DNA of 64,000 nucleotides, taken from assembly GCA_032718475.1 (NCBI GenBank), contig JAUCBJ010008015.1, forward strand, positions 1-64,000, in the 5' to 3' direction. The notes under the pieces were generated by a model that was not told where the DNA came from, did no database searches, and worked only from the letters and a program-made list of their open reading frames with translations. Source of the stretch: Nemertoderma westbladi (Eukaryota > Animalia > Xenacoelomorpha). This document shows positions 24,701-38,524 of this stretch, piece by piece. The translations under genes and the position numbers were made by a program. How positions within the stretch are numbered: position 1 is the stretch's first letter; each line of letters opens with the position of its first letter.

Positions 24701-27700
24701 GCGTCCCGTCGTGTCTACTCTACTCTACCACGATATACTTACTGTATCGGTAGGCGGTGTCCCGTCGTGTCTACTCTACCACGATATACTTACTGTATCG
24801 GTAGGCGGTGCCCCATCGTGTCTACTCTACTCTACCACGATATACTTACTGTATCGGTAGGCGGTGTCTCGTCGTGTCTACTCTACTCTACCACGATATA
24901 CTTACTGTATCGGTAGGCGGTGTCCCGTCGTGTCTACTCTACTCTACCACGATATACTTACTGTATCGGTAGGCGGTGTCCCGTCGTGTCTACTCTACTC
25001 TACCACGATATACTTACTGTATCGGTAGGCGGTGTCTCGTCGTGTCTACTCTACTCTACCACGATATACTTACTGTATCGGTAGGCGGTGTCTCGTCGTG
25101 TCTACTCTACTCTACCACGATATACTTACTGTATCGGTAGGCGGTCTCCCGTCGTGTCTACTCTACTCTACCACGATATACTTACTGTATCGGTAGGCGG
25201 TGTCCCGTCGTCTCTACTCTACTCTACCATGATATACTTACTGTATCGGTAGGCGGTATCTCGTCGTGTCTACTCTACTCTACCACGATATACTTACTGT
25301 ATCGGTAGGCGGTGTCCCGTCGTGTCTACTCTACCACGATATACTTACTGTATCGGTAGGCGGTGCCCCATCGTGTCTACTCTACTCTACCACGATATAC
25401 TTACTGTATCGGTAGGCGGTGTCTCGTCGTGTCTACTCTACTCTACCACGATATACTTACTGTATCGGTAGGCGGTGTCCCGTCGTGTCTACTCTACTCT
25501 ACCACGATATACTTACTGTATCGGTAGGCGGTGTCTCGTCGTGTCTACTCTACCACGATATACTTACTGTATCGGTAGGCGGTGTCCCGTCGTGTCTACT
25601 CTACTCTACCACGATATACTTACTGTACCGGTAGGTGGTGTCTCGTCGTGTCTACTCTACTCTACCACGATATACTTACTGTATCGGTAGGCGGTGTCCC
25701 GTCGTCTCTACTCTACTCTACCACGATATACTTACTGTATCGGTAGGCGGTATCTCGTCGTGTCTACTCTACTCTACCACGATATACTTACTGTATCGGT
25801 AGGCGGTGTCCCGTCGTGTCTACTCTACCACGATATACTTACTGTATCGGTAGGCGGTGCCCCATCGTGTCTACTCTACTCTACCACGATATACTTACTG
25901 TATCGGTAGGCGGTGTCTCGTCGTGTCTACTCTACTCTACCACGATATACTTACTGTATCGGTAGGCGGTGTCCCGTCGTGTCTACTCTACTCTACCACG
26001 ATATACTTACTGTATCGGTAGGCGGTGTCCCGTCGTGTCTACTCTACTCTACCACGATATACTTACTGTATCGGTAGGCGGTGTCTCGTCGTGTCTACTC
26101 TACTCTACCACGATATACTTACTGTATCGGTAGGCGGTGTCTCGTCGTGTCTACTCTACTCTACCACGATATACTTACTGTATCGGTAGGCGGTGTCTCG
26201 TCGTGTCTACTCTACTCTACCACGATATACTTACTGTATCGGTAGGCGGTGTCCCGTCGTGTCTACTCTACTCTACCACGATATACTTACTGTATCGGTA
26301 GGCGGTGTCCCGTCGTGTCTACTCTACTCTACCACGATATACTTACTGTATCGGTAGGCGGTGTCCCGTCGTGTCTACTCTACTCTACCACGATATACTT
26401 ACTGTATCGGTAGGCGGTGTCTCGTCGTGTCTACTCTACTCTACCACGATATACTTACTGTATCGGTAGGCGGTGTCTCGTCGTGTCTACTCTACTCTCC
26501 ACGATATACTTACTGTATCGGTAGGCGGTGTCCCGTCGTGTCTACTCTACTCTACCACGATATACTTACTGTATCGGTAGGCGGTGTCTCGTCGTGTCTA
26601 CTCTACTCTACCACGATATACTTACTGTATCGGTAGGCGGTGTCTCGTCGTGTCTACTCTACTCTACCACGATATACTTACTGTATCGGTAGGCGGTGTC
26701 CCGTCGTGTCTACTCTACTCTACCACGATATACTTACTGTATCGGTAGGCGGTGTCCCGTCGTGTCTACTCTACCACGATATACTTACTGTATCGGTAGG
26801 CGGTGTCTCGTCGTGTCTACTCTACTCTACCACGATATACTTACTGTATCGGTAGGCGGTGTCTCGTCGTGTCTACTCTACTCTACCACGATATACTTAC
26901 TGTATCGGTAGGCGGTGTCCCGTCGTGTCTACTCTACTCTACCACGATATACTTACTGTATCGGTAGGCGGTGTCTCGTCGTGTCTACTCTACTCTACCA
27001 CGATATACTTACTGTATCGGTAGGCGGTGTCCCGTCGTGTCTACTCTACTCTACCACGATATACTTACTGTATCGGTAGGCGGTGTCTCGTCGTGTCTAC
27101 TCTACTCTACCACGATATACTTACTGTATCGGTAGGCGGTGTCTCGTCGTGTCTACTCTACTCTACCACGATATACTTACTGTATCGGTAGGCGGTGTCC
27201 CGTCGTGTCTACTCTACTCTACCACGATATACTTACTGTATCGGTAGGCGGTGTCTCGTCGTGTCTACTCTACTCTACCACGATATACTTACTGTATCGG
27301 TAGGCGGTGTCTCGTCGTGTCTACTCTACTCTACCACGATATACTTACTGTATCGGTAGGCGGTGTCCCGTCGTGTCTACTCTACTCTACCACGATATAC
27401 TTACTGTATCGGTAGGCGGTGTCTCGTCGTGTCTACTCTACTCTACCACGATATACTTACTGTATCGGTAGGCGGTGTCTCGTCGTGTCTACTCTACTCT
27501 ACCACGATATACTTACTGTATCGGTAGGCGGTGTCCCGTCGTGTCTACTCTACTCTACCACGATATACTTACTGTATCGGTAGGCGGTGTCCCGTCGTGT
27601 CTACTCTACTCTACCACGATATACTTACTGTATCGGTAGGCGGTGTCTCGTCGTGTCTACTCTACTCTACCACGATATACTTACTGTATCGGTAGGCGGT

Positions 27701-30700
27701 GTCTCGTCGTGTCTACTCTACTCTACCACGATATACTTACTGTATCGGTAGGCGGTGTCCCGTCGTGTCTACTCTACTCTACCACGATATACTTACTGTA
27801 TCGGTAGGCGGTGTCCCGTCGTGTCTACTCTACTCTACCACGATATACTTACTGTATCGGTAGGCGGTGTCTCGTCGTGTCTACTCTACTCTACCACGAT
27901 ATACTTACTGTATCGGTAGGCGGTGTCCCGTCGTGTCTACTCTACTCTACCACGATATACTTACTGTATCGGTAGGCGGTGTCCCGTCGTGTCTACTCTA
28001 CTCTACCACGATATACTTACTGTATCGGTAGGCGGTGTCTCGTCGTGTCTACTCTACTCTACCACGATATACTTACTGTATCGGTAGGCGGTGTCCCGTC
28101 GTGTCTACTCTACTCTCCACGATATACTTACTGTATCGGTAGGCGGTGTCTCGTCGTGTCTCTACTCTACCACGATATACTTACTGTATCGGTAGGCGGT
28201 GTCTCGTCGTGTCTACTCTACTCTACCCGATATACTTACTGTATCGGTAGGCGGTGTCTCGTCGTGTCTACTCTACCACGATATACTTACTGTATCGGTA
28301 GGCGGTGTCTCGTCGTGTCTACTCTACTCTACCACGATATACTTACTGTATCGGTAGGCGGTGTCCCGTCGTGTCTACTCTACTCTACCACGATATACTT
28401 ACTGTATCGGTAGGCGGTGTCCCGTCGTGTCTACTCTACTCTACCACGATATACTTACTGTATCGGTAGGCGGTGTCCCGTCGTGTCTACTCTACTCTAC
28501 CACGATATACTTACTGTATCGGTAGGCGGTGTCCCGTCGTGTCTACTCTACTCTACCACGATATACTTACTGTATCGGTAGGCGGTGTCCCGTCGTGTCT
28601 ACTCTACTCTACCACGATATACTTACTGTATCGGTAGGCGGTGTCTCGTCGTGTCTACTCTACTCTACCACGATATACTTACTGTATCGGTAGGCGGTGT
28701 CCCGTCGTGTCTACTCTACTCTACCACGATATACTTACTGTATCGGTAGGCGGTGTCTCGTCGTGTCTACTCTACTCTACCACGATATACTTACTGTATC
28801 GGTAGGCGGTGTCCCGTCGTGTCTACTCTACTCTACCACGATATACTTACTGTATCGGTAGGCGGTGTCCCGTCGTGTCTACTCTACTCTACCACGATAT
28901 ACTTACTGTATCGGTAGGCGGTGTCTCGTCGTGTCTACTCTACTCTACCACGATATACTTACTGTATCGGTAGGCGGTGTCTCGTCGTGTCTACTCTACT
29001 CTACCACGATATACTTACTGTATCGGTAGGCGGTGTCTCGTCGTGCTCTACTCTACCACGATATACTTACTGTATCGGTAGGCGGTGTCCCGTCGTGTCT
29101 ACTCTACTCTACCACGATATACTTACTGTATCGGTAGGCGGTGTCTCGTCGTGTCTACTCTACTCTACCACGATATACTTACTGTATCGGTAGGCGGTGT
29201 CTCGTCGTGTCTACTCTACTCTACCACGATATACTTACTGTATCGGTAGGCGGTGTCCCGTCGTGTCTACTCTACTCTACCACGATATACTTACTGTATC
29301 GGTAGGCGGTGTCTCGTCGTGTCTACTCTACTCTACCACGATATACTTACTGTATCGGTAGGCGGTGTCTCGTCGTGTCTACTCTACCACGATATACTTA
29401 CTGTATCGGTAGGCGGTGTCTCGTCGTGTCTACTCTACTCTACCACGATATACTTACTGTATCGGTAGGCGGTGTCTCGTCGTGTCTACTCTACCACGAT
29501 ATACTTACTGTATCGGTAGGCGGTGTCTCGTCGTGTCTACTCTACTCTACCCGATATACTTACTGTATCGGTAGGCGGTGTCTCGTCGTGTCTACTCTAC
29601 TCTACCACGATATACTTACTGTATCGGTAGGCGGTGTCTCGTCGTGTCTACTCTACTCTACCACGATATACTTACTGTATCGGTAGGCGGTGTCCCGTCG
29701 TGTCTACTCTACTCTACCACGATATACTTACTGTATCGGTAGGCGGTGTCTCGTCGTGTCTACTCTACTCTACCACGATATACTTACTGTATCGGTAGGC
29801 GGTGTCCCGTCGTGTCTACTCTACTCTACCACGATATACTTACTGTATCGGTAGGCGGTGTCCCGTCGTGTCTACTCTACTCTACCACGATATACTTACT
29901 GTATCGGTAGGCGGTGTCTCGTCGTGTCTACTCTACTCTACCACGATATACTTACTGTATCGGTAGGCGGTGTCCCGTCGTGTCTACTCTACTCTACCAC
30001 GATATACTTACTGTATCGGTAGGCGGTGTCTCGTCGTGTCTACTCTACTCTACCACGATATACTTACTGTATCGGTAGGCGGTGTCTCGTCGTGTCTACT
30101 CTACTCTACCACGATATACTTACTGTATCGGTAGGCGGTGTCCCGTCGTGTCTACTCTACTCTACCACGATATACTTACTGTATCGGTAGGCGGTGTCCC
30201 GTCGTGTCTACTCTACTCTACCACGATATACTTACTGTATCGGTAGGCGGTGTCTCGTCGTGTCTACTCTACTCTACCACGATATACTTACTGTATCGGT
30301 AGGCGGTGTCTCGTCGTGTCTACTCTACTCTACCCGATATACTTACTGTATCGGTAGGCGGTGTCCCGTCGTGTCTACTCTACTCTACCACGATATACTT
30401 ACTGTATCGGTAGGCGGTGTCCCGTCGTGTCTACTCTACTCTACCACGATATACTTACTGTATCGGTAGGCGGTGTCTCGTCGTGTCTACTCTACTCTAC
30501 CACGATATACTTACTGTATCGGTAGGCGGTGTCTCGTCGTGTCTACTCTACTCTACCACGATATACTTACTGTATCGGTAGGCGGTGTCTCGTCGTGTCT
30601 ACTCTACTCTACCACGATATACTTACTGTATCGGTAGGCGGTGTCCCGTCGTGTCTCTCTACTCTACCACGATATACTTACTGTATCGGTAGGCGGTGTC

Positions 30701-33700
30701 CCGTCGTGTCTACTCTACTCTACCACGATATACTTACTGTATCGGTAGGCGGTGTCCCGTCGTGTCTACTCTACTCTACCACGATATACTTACTGTATCG
30801 GTAGGCGGTGTCCCGTCGTGTCTACTCTACTCTACCACGATATACTTACTGTATCGGTAGGCGGTGTCTCGTCGTGTCTACTCTACTCTACCACGATATA
30901 CTTACTGTATCGGTAGGCGGTGTCCCGTCGTGTCTACTCTACCTCACGATATACTTACTGTATCGGTAGGCGGTGTCTCGTCGTGTCTACTCTACCCACG
31001 ATATACTTACTGTATCGGTAGGCGGTGTCTCGTCGTGTCTACTCTACTCTACCACGATATACTTACTGTATCGGTAGGCGGTGTCTCGTCGTGTCTACTC
31101 TACCACGATATACTTACTGTATCGGTAGGCGGTGTCTCGTCGTGTCTACTCTACTCTACCACGATATACTTACTGTATCGGTAGGCGGTGTCCCGTCGTG
31201 TCTACTCTACTCTACCACGATATACTTACTGTATCGGTAGGCGGTGTCCCGTCGTGTCTACTCTACTCTACCACGATATACTTACTGTATCGGTAGGCGG
31301 TGTCCCGTCGTGTCTACTCTACTCTACCACGATATACTTACTGTATCGGTAGGCGGTGTCCCGTCGTGTCTACTCTACTCTACCACGATATACTTACTGT
31401 ATCGGTAGGCGGTGTCCCGTCGTGTCTACTCTACTCTACCACGATATACTTACTGTATCGGTAGGCGGTGTCTCGTCGTGTCTACTCTACTCTACCACGA
31501 TATACTTACTGTATCGGTAGGCGGTGTCCCGTCGTGTCTACTCTACTCTACCACGATATACTTACTGTATCGGTAGGCGGTGTCTCGTCGTGTCTACTCT
31601 ACTCTACCACGATATACTTACTGTATCGGTAGGCGGTGTCCCGTCGTGTCTACTCTACTCTACCACGATATACTTACTGTATCGGTAGGCGGTGTCCCGT
31701 CGTGTCTACTCTACTCTACCACGATATACTTACTGTATCGGTAGGCGGTGTCCCGTCGTGTCTACTCTACCACGATATACTTACTGTATCGGTAGGCGGT
31801 GTCTCGTCGTGTCTACTCTACTCTACCACGATATACTTACTGTATCGGTAGGCGGTGTCTCGTCGTGTCTACTCTACTCTACCACGATATACTTACTGTA
31901 TCGGTAGGCGGTGTCCCGTCGTGTCTACTCTACTCTACCACGATATACTTACTGTATCGGTAGGCGGTGTCTCGTCGTGTCTACTCTACTCTACCACGAT
32001 ATACTTACTGTATCGGTAGGCGGTGTCTCGTCGTGTCTACTCTACTCTACCACGATATACTTACTGTATCGGTAGGCGGTGTCCCGTCGTGTCTACTCTA
32101 CTCTACCACGATATACTTACTGTATCGGTAGGCGGTGTCTCGTCGTGTCTACTCTACTCTACCACGATATACTTACTGTATCGGTAGGCGGTGTCCCGTC
32201 GTGTCTACTCTACTCTACCCGATATACTTACTGTATCGGTAGGCGGTGTCTCGTCGTGTCTACTCTACTCTACCACGATATACTTACTGTATCGGTAGGC
32301 GGTGTCTCGTCGTGTCTACTCTACCACGATATACTTACTGTATCGGTAGGCGGTGTCTCGTCGTGTCTACTCTACCACGATATACTTACTGTATCGGTAG
32401 GCGGTGTCTCGTCGTGTCTACTCTACTCTACCACGATATACTTACTGTATCGGTAGGCGGTGTCTCGTCGTGTCTACTCTACCACGATATACTTACTGTA
32501 TCGGTAGGCGGTGTCCCGTCGTGTCTACTCTACTCTACCACGATATACTTACTGTATCGGTAGGCGGTGTCTCGTCGTGTCTACTCTACTCTACCACGAT
32601 ATACTTACTGTATCGGTAGGCGGTGTCTCGTCGTGTCTACTCTACTCTACCACGATATACTTACTGTATCGGTAGGCGGTGTCCCGTCGTGTCTACTCTA
32701 CTCTACCACGATATACTTACTGTATCGGTAGGCGGTGTCTCGTCGTGTCTACTCTACTCTACCACGATATACTTACTGTATCGGTAGGCGGTGTCCCGTC
32801 GTGTCTACTCTACTCTACCACGATATACTTACTGTATCGGTAGGCGGTGTCCCGTCGTGTCTACTCTACTCTACCACGATATACTTACTGTATCGGTAGG
32901 CGGTGTCTCGTCGTGTCTACTCTACTCTACCACGATATACTTACTGTATCGGTAGGCGGTGTCCCGTCGTGTCTACTCTACTCTACCACGATATACTTAC
33001 TGTATCGGTAGGCGGTGTCCCGTCGTGTCTACTCTACTCTACCACGATATACTTACTGTATCGGTAGGCGGTGTCTCGTCGTGTCTACTCTACCACGATA
33101 TACTTACTGTATCGGTAGGCGGTGTCTCGTCGTGTCTACTCTGCCACGATATACTTACTGTATCGGTAGGCGGTGTCCCGTCGTGTCTACTCTACTCTAC
33201 CACGATATACTTACTGTATCGGTAGGCGGTGTCTCGTCGTGTCTACTCTACTCTACCACGATATACTTACTGTATCGGTAGGCGGTGTCTCGTCGTGTCT
33301 ACTCTACTCTACCACGATATACTTACTGTATCGGTAGGCGGTGTCCCGTCGTGTCTACTCTACTCTACCACGATATACTTACTGTATCGGTAGGCGGTGT
33401 CCCGTCGTGTCTACTCTACTCTACCACGATATACTTACTGTATCGGTAGGCGGTGTCCCGTCGTGTCTACTCTACTCTACCACGATATACTTACTGTATC
33501 GGTAGGCGGTGTCTCGTCGTGTCTACTCTACTCTACCACGATATACTTACTGTATCGGTAGGCGGTGTCTCGTCGTGTCTACTCTACTCTACCACGATAT
33601 ACTTACTGTATCGGTAGGCGGTGTCTCGTCGTGTCTACTCTACTCTACCACGATATACTTACTGTATCGGTAGGCGGTGTCTCGTCGTGTCTACTCTACC

Positions 33701-35081
33701 ACGATATACTTACTGTATCGGTAGGCGGTGTCTCGTCGTGTCTACTCTACTCTACCACGATATACTTACTGTATCGGTAGGCGGTGTCCCGTCGTGTCTA
33801 CTCTACTCTACCACGATATACTTACTGTATCGGTAGGCGGTGTCTCGTCGTGTCTACTCTACTCTACCACGATATACTTACTGTATCGGTAGGCGGTGTC
33901 TCGTCGTGTCTACTCTACTCTACCACGATATACTTACTGTATCGGTAGGCGGTGTCCCGTCGTGTCTACTCTACTCTACCACGATATACTTACTGTATCG
34001 GTAGGCGGTGTCTCGTCGTGTCTACTCTACTCTACCACGATATACTTACTGTATCGGTAGGCGGTGTCCCGTCGTGTCTACTCTACTCTACCACGATATA
34101 CTTACTGTATCGGTAGGCGGTGTCTCGTCGTGTCTACTCTACTCTACCACGATATACTTACTGTATCGGTAGGCGGTGTCCCGTCGTGTCTACTCTACTA
34201 TACCACGATATACTTACTGTATCGGTAGGCGGTGTCCCGTCGTGTCTACTCTACCACGATATACTTACTGTATCGGTAGGCGGTGTCCCGTCGTGTCTAC
34301 TCTACTCTACCACGATATACTTACTGTGTCGGTAGGCGGTGTCCCGTCGTGTCTACTCTACTCTACCACGATATACTTACTGTATCGGTAGGCGGTGTCC
34401 CGTCGTGTCTACTCTACTCTACCACGATATACTTACTGTGTCGGTAGGCGGTGTCTCGTCGTGTCTACTCTACTCTACCACGATATACTTACTGTGTCGG
34501 TAGGCGGTGTCTCGTCGTGTCTACTCTACTCTACCACGATATACTTACTGTATCGGTAGGCGGTGTCTCGTCGTCTCTACTCTACTCTACCACGATATAC
34601 TTACTGTATCGGTAGGCGGTGTCTCGTCGTGTCTACTCTACTCTACCACGATATACTTACTGTATCGGTAGGCGGTGTCTCGTCGTGTCTACTCTACTCT
34701 ACCACGATATACTTACTGTACCGGTAGGCGGTGTCCCGTCGTGTCTACTCTACCACGATATACTTACTGTATCGGTAGGCGGTGTCCCGTCGTGTCTACT
34801 CTACTCTACCCGATATACTTACTGTACCGGTAGGCGGTGTCTCGTCGTGTCTACTCTACTCTACCACGATATACTTACTGTATCGGTAGGCGGTGTCCCG
34901 TCGTGTCTACTCTACTCTACCACGATATACTTACTGTATCGGTAGGCGGTGTCCCGTCGTCTCTACTCTACTCTACCACGATATACTTACTGTATCGGTA
35001 GGCGGTGTCCCGTCGTGTCTACTCTACTCTACCACGATATACTTACTGTATCGGTAGGCGGTGTCTCGTCGTGTCTACTCT
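21726..35081 (-). repeat. 56-bp satellite (~240 copies, some 51-bp variants) formed from an exon 3' end plus its 5' splice site
   Basis: Minus-strand unit AGAGTAGACACGACG(A/G)GACACCGCCTACCGATACA|GTAAGTATATCGTGGTAGAGT. The rightmost copy is the true end of exon 35047-35247. Confidence 0.95.
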
Positions 35082-35247
35082 GCCAGTCTCCGACCTCATT
35101 AAGGACATTTAGGACGGTATCCAAGGTTTCCTTACTGGCCGCCTCCGCTGGCTCCAATGAGCCCAAGTTTCCGTCGATTTTACCCAATAAGTTCTCCACA
35201 ACGGGAACTATTCCGCTACCGGCCTCCTCGGATACGAGATTACTTAA
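35047..35247 (-). CDS. aGPCR exon: GAIN subdomain A (helical)
   Basis: tttcag|LSNLVSEEAGSGIVPVVENLLGKIDGNLGSLEPAEAASKETLDTVLNVLNEVGDWQSRHDETPPTDT|gtaagt; 201 bp, phase 0-0. Confidence 0.85.
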
Positions 35248-36067
35248 CTGAAACAACAACGGAGAGTCGGAATAGAAATGTAATAAATAAAATCCATTAA
35301 ATAATAAAACGAATCTTGATTTTACATTTATTTAATACGGAATTTACGTAATTAATAAAATTACTGTGAATTAAGTTATAATATTATAATAATTATTATA
35401 GAATTAAATATTTTTCTAATATTTGCATTGAATATTTTTTCTTAAAAAAGCAGAACATCAATGTGAAAAACAGAAAATAACTCTAACAATAAAATGATTC
35501 AATTTCGCTTGATCGCTTGACTGCGATCGTTTATCTAACTTATTAAAACATTATTGTTGCAGATAGGGGGGGGAACTGGTCGCAATAAAAATGTCCCTCC
35601 AAGGGAAATTCGACGCAAATAACAGTTGATTACTCTAAAAAATAAAGCTGTAACCTGTGTGTTTAGTTTATTGTTTTGGTTAAAATAACGTGCCACTGTA
35701 ACCTGCTCCTTTCCCTAAATTAAGAATTTAACATTGAGGCGGGATATTAATTCGCCGAGGCGGGTTTTGCGTCCTGTTTCCCCCGCTGTCTCTATTGTTG
35801 TCGTATAGGCCTACTAATCCTACTATTCTTGCGAGATAATTCTTATTTTTAATAATATTTTGATAATTCGTTATTAGGTCACAACTTTGGTGCGTAAACA
35901 TTAAGTTTACCAGACCGGCACTCTGTCGGAAATACCTCGGGAAATATAAACGGGCGAAATCCCAAAACCCGCGGAAACTGAGCAACAAATAGCGGCCGGA
36001 TCTAAAGACGAACAGACCAAAACGGAGCGGGAAGCCGAGTTTATCGATAGAAAGAATAGAAACTCAC

Positions 36068-36308
36068 CACATCGCTGGAGGACTCTATCTTCTCCTCGAC
36101 GTTACCAGTCTGTCCGGCGTCCCGACACCGCGAACTATCGACCGGGGCCCAGACCCCCTCCGTCGAACACCGTCTGGTAGCGAATCCGACCAGGTTCGTT
36201 CCGACACACAGAGCCTTCCGTTGTTTACCGCCCTTCGTAAAGGGCCAATTAGTGCCGTCGTCGGTCTCCAGTGAGGGGCACCATACACCGCCTTCGGGGA
36301 GACCTGAC
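36068..36308 (-). CDS. aGPCR exon: hormone-receptor (HormR) domain
   Basis: WCPSLETDDGTNWPFTKGG...LCVGTNLVGFATRRCSTEGVWAPVDSSRC, the classic C-W-C-G-RC-G-W-C HormR pattern; 241 bp, phase 2 to 0. Confidence 0.9.
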
Positions 36309-36719
36309 CTAAACATTAATTATTAATTTAATGAATTATTTGACAAACTATTTAACATTTAATTTAATTTTAACATAATATAACATTTTTTAAACCCCGA
36401 ACTGGTTTATAAAACACACAATTACTTCTTATTTTAAATTACTGTAAATCATTTTTATGATATTTAAGTTAATTTTTTAACCAAATTCAGTGCTGGGTAC
36501 TACTTTACTTTCAGTTTTCAAATAATGTTGATTTTATGTTATTCTGACTGTTATTCAGGTTTACCTCACGTCGAAAGTCAATATTTTTCACACAAGTCCC
36601 CAACATATTTTGTATCTATTAATTAACTACAGTATTAATTATATGAATAAAATCTATATAAAATGTAACAATAGGGGCCACGATCTACCGGGCCTACCAC
36701 GAGAACATTATCAAACTTG

Positions 36720-37620
36720 AACATTTATTTATTACAATACTAACATACTAACTTAATATAAACATGTAACTATATGCGTTAGTTATGAGTCCTATGATAT
36801 AGAAAGTGTAAAAGGTTACTACTAAATAACACATTATTATTTATCTACAGTATTTCGAACTAAAGTCTATGGGATAGTAAATAAATATAAACTTTACTAA
36901 AAAGGGGGGCACAGGTTGGTAGTGAGTCGCGGATCCTCAGCTGGCGCGGATGCATAGGGAAGAGGACTACGGTGACCTCGGAGGCAAAGCCCAGTTGTCC
37001 GGAGTAAGCTGAAGGAAAGTCGACTCCGCAACCAGTGTACAACCGATGAATTAGTGGAGTCACGCTTCTCCACCAGATGGCCGGCTAGATGCGTTAAAAA
37101 CCGGCTGCACTCAGTACCAGCAGGTCCGCTAGAGGTAAAAACGAGGGGAGAAAATAAAGCGCGTTCTACATTCAGTACCCTATCGATATATTTACGTCGC
37201 TTCTCGGCCTCTTGGTTCTATAGAAGATTGTCTATGGAGGATGGGAGATAGGATTCAGTATTAGGGTAGAATACCCGTACATGAAAGAATGACTTGGAGT
37301 GGCGGATCCAAAAACCTGTTGCTGACACATGGAGACGAGCTTCATTTACAGAAACTCCAGAGGAAGGTGTTAATACCTGGCCAGACAGTTGGAGCAGACT
37401 GGGTCCTACTCCAACATACACATAGACTTCTTTAAGAAGATAGGCAATTATATCGCGCGTTTCATTGTCTCAATGCAATAAAACATCAGGGATAAAGGAT
37501 GCTGAGCATACACACATAGCTGGGCAAGTTGTAGCGCATTGTAAGTGCATCTGGAAAGGTACGACTTATTTAGTACAAATCCTTCAGCATCAGCGCCAAA
37601 TTTGGCGAAATTTAGGGGTG
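36720..37620 (-). mobile_element. 3' fragment of CRE-clade non-LTR retrotransposon (restriction-like endonuclease domain), degraded
   Basis: Minus strand reads EARLHVSATGFW...FFHVRVFYPN..SY...L*NQEAEKRRKYIDRVLNVERALFSPLVFTSSG..GTEC...RSRLSFSLLRTTGLCLRG, followed by a 3' UTR with AATAAA. Confidence 0.7.
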
Positions 37621-37624
37621 TATT

Positions 37625-37687
37625 TGTAAGCCGGCACAGCACTCTTAAAAATGCAGCTGCAATGCAGCATGCCGATCCTAGTAGTAT
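37625..37687 (+). mobile_element. Short 3'-tail copy of RTE-like LINE
   Basis: TAAGCCGGCACAGCA...AAAATGCAGCTGCAATGCAGCATGCCGATCCTAGTAGT is shared with 54600-54658. Confidence 0.6.
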
Positions 37688-38273
37688 AGGAGTGTATTTG
37701 TGGAATTTTATCATAAATTTCACAAATCATATCCCTGGACAAATATATATAATTTTGAATTTTCCCAAGAAGATTCAAATAACTTTGTAGTTATAAATTT
37801 CATGATGAAAACCGCAACATCACTTAGTGTTATTGCACAGTAAGTCTGTTTATTGTTTAAAAGTCGAAGAAAAAATTTAAAATTTTTTTTACTTTCAGAA
37901 AAAAAAAAAATTTTTTAAATTTTAATTTTGAGTTAAATAATAAAATAGAAAATGTCCGTAAGCACCACCATAAATGTATCCTTATTTTTTTCAAGATTAG
38001 AAAATTATTCCACATAAAATCCAGATTTATATAACATATTAATAAAAATAAACAAGTTCACCATTTTTAGTGAGGCTGCGCACCAAATTTCCGGCACCAC
38101 ATGGAGAGAAAAGTACAAAAACTAAGAGTGCACAGCTTTTTTCAAAAAAAAAACCGATATATTTGAAGAATTCTCAAAAACATTTAGGAATACGTACAAT
38201 TTTTGCGTTTCCCGTTACAAATTTCGCACTACAGTACAGTTGTAACTAGTTTGACAACTAAGGCTTTACTAAC

Positions 38274-38524
38274 TCTGCGCTGGATGTGACAGTGAGTGTA
38301 GCTGAGAGCGTCCGTTCCTTACTCGGGTCACCTTTCTCGGCGGTACAATCCAGATCAATGTCCCGCGTAACCCACTTTAACGTCAGCGTCAGCCTCTTCG
38401 TATGTTTGTCTGGGTTATCGTGGGTTGATTCGCTCGAAGTCCCGGTTAAATCTCCGTAAAATGAGAAACTCGGAAAAGCCGGTGTTTCCTGGTCCGTGTC
38501 GGTCTCTCCGGGTTTTATTCGAGC
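38274..38524 (-). CDS. aGPCR exon: second Ig-like domain
   Basis: ARIKPGETDTDQETPAFPSFSFYGD...KRLTLTLKWVTRDIDLDCTAEKGDPSKERTLSATLTVTSSA; 251 bp, phase 0 to 2. Confidence 0.78.

Noticed and set aside
21726-35081. Dozens of MSRRVYSTLPRYTYC ORFs
   Set aside because: Translation artefacts of the 56-bp repeat (GTG starts, frequent stops); the meaningful strand is the minus strand.
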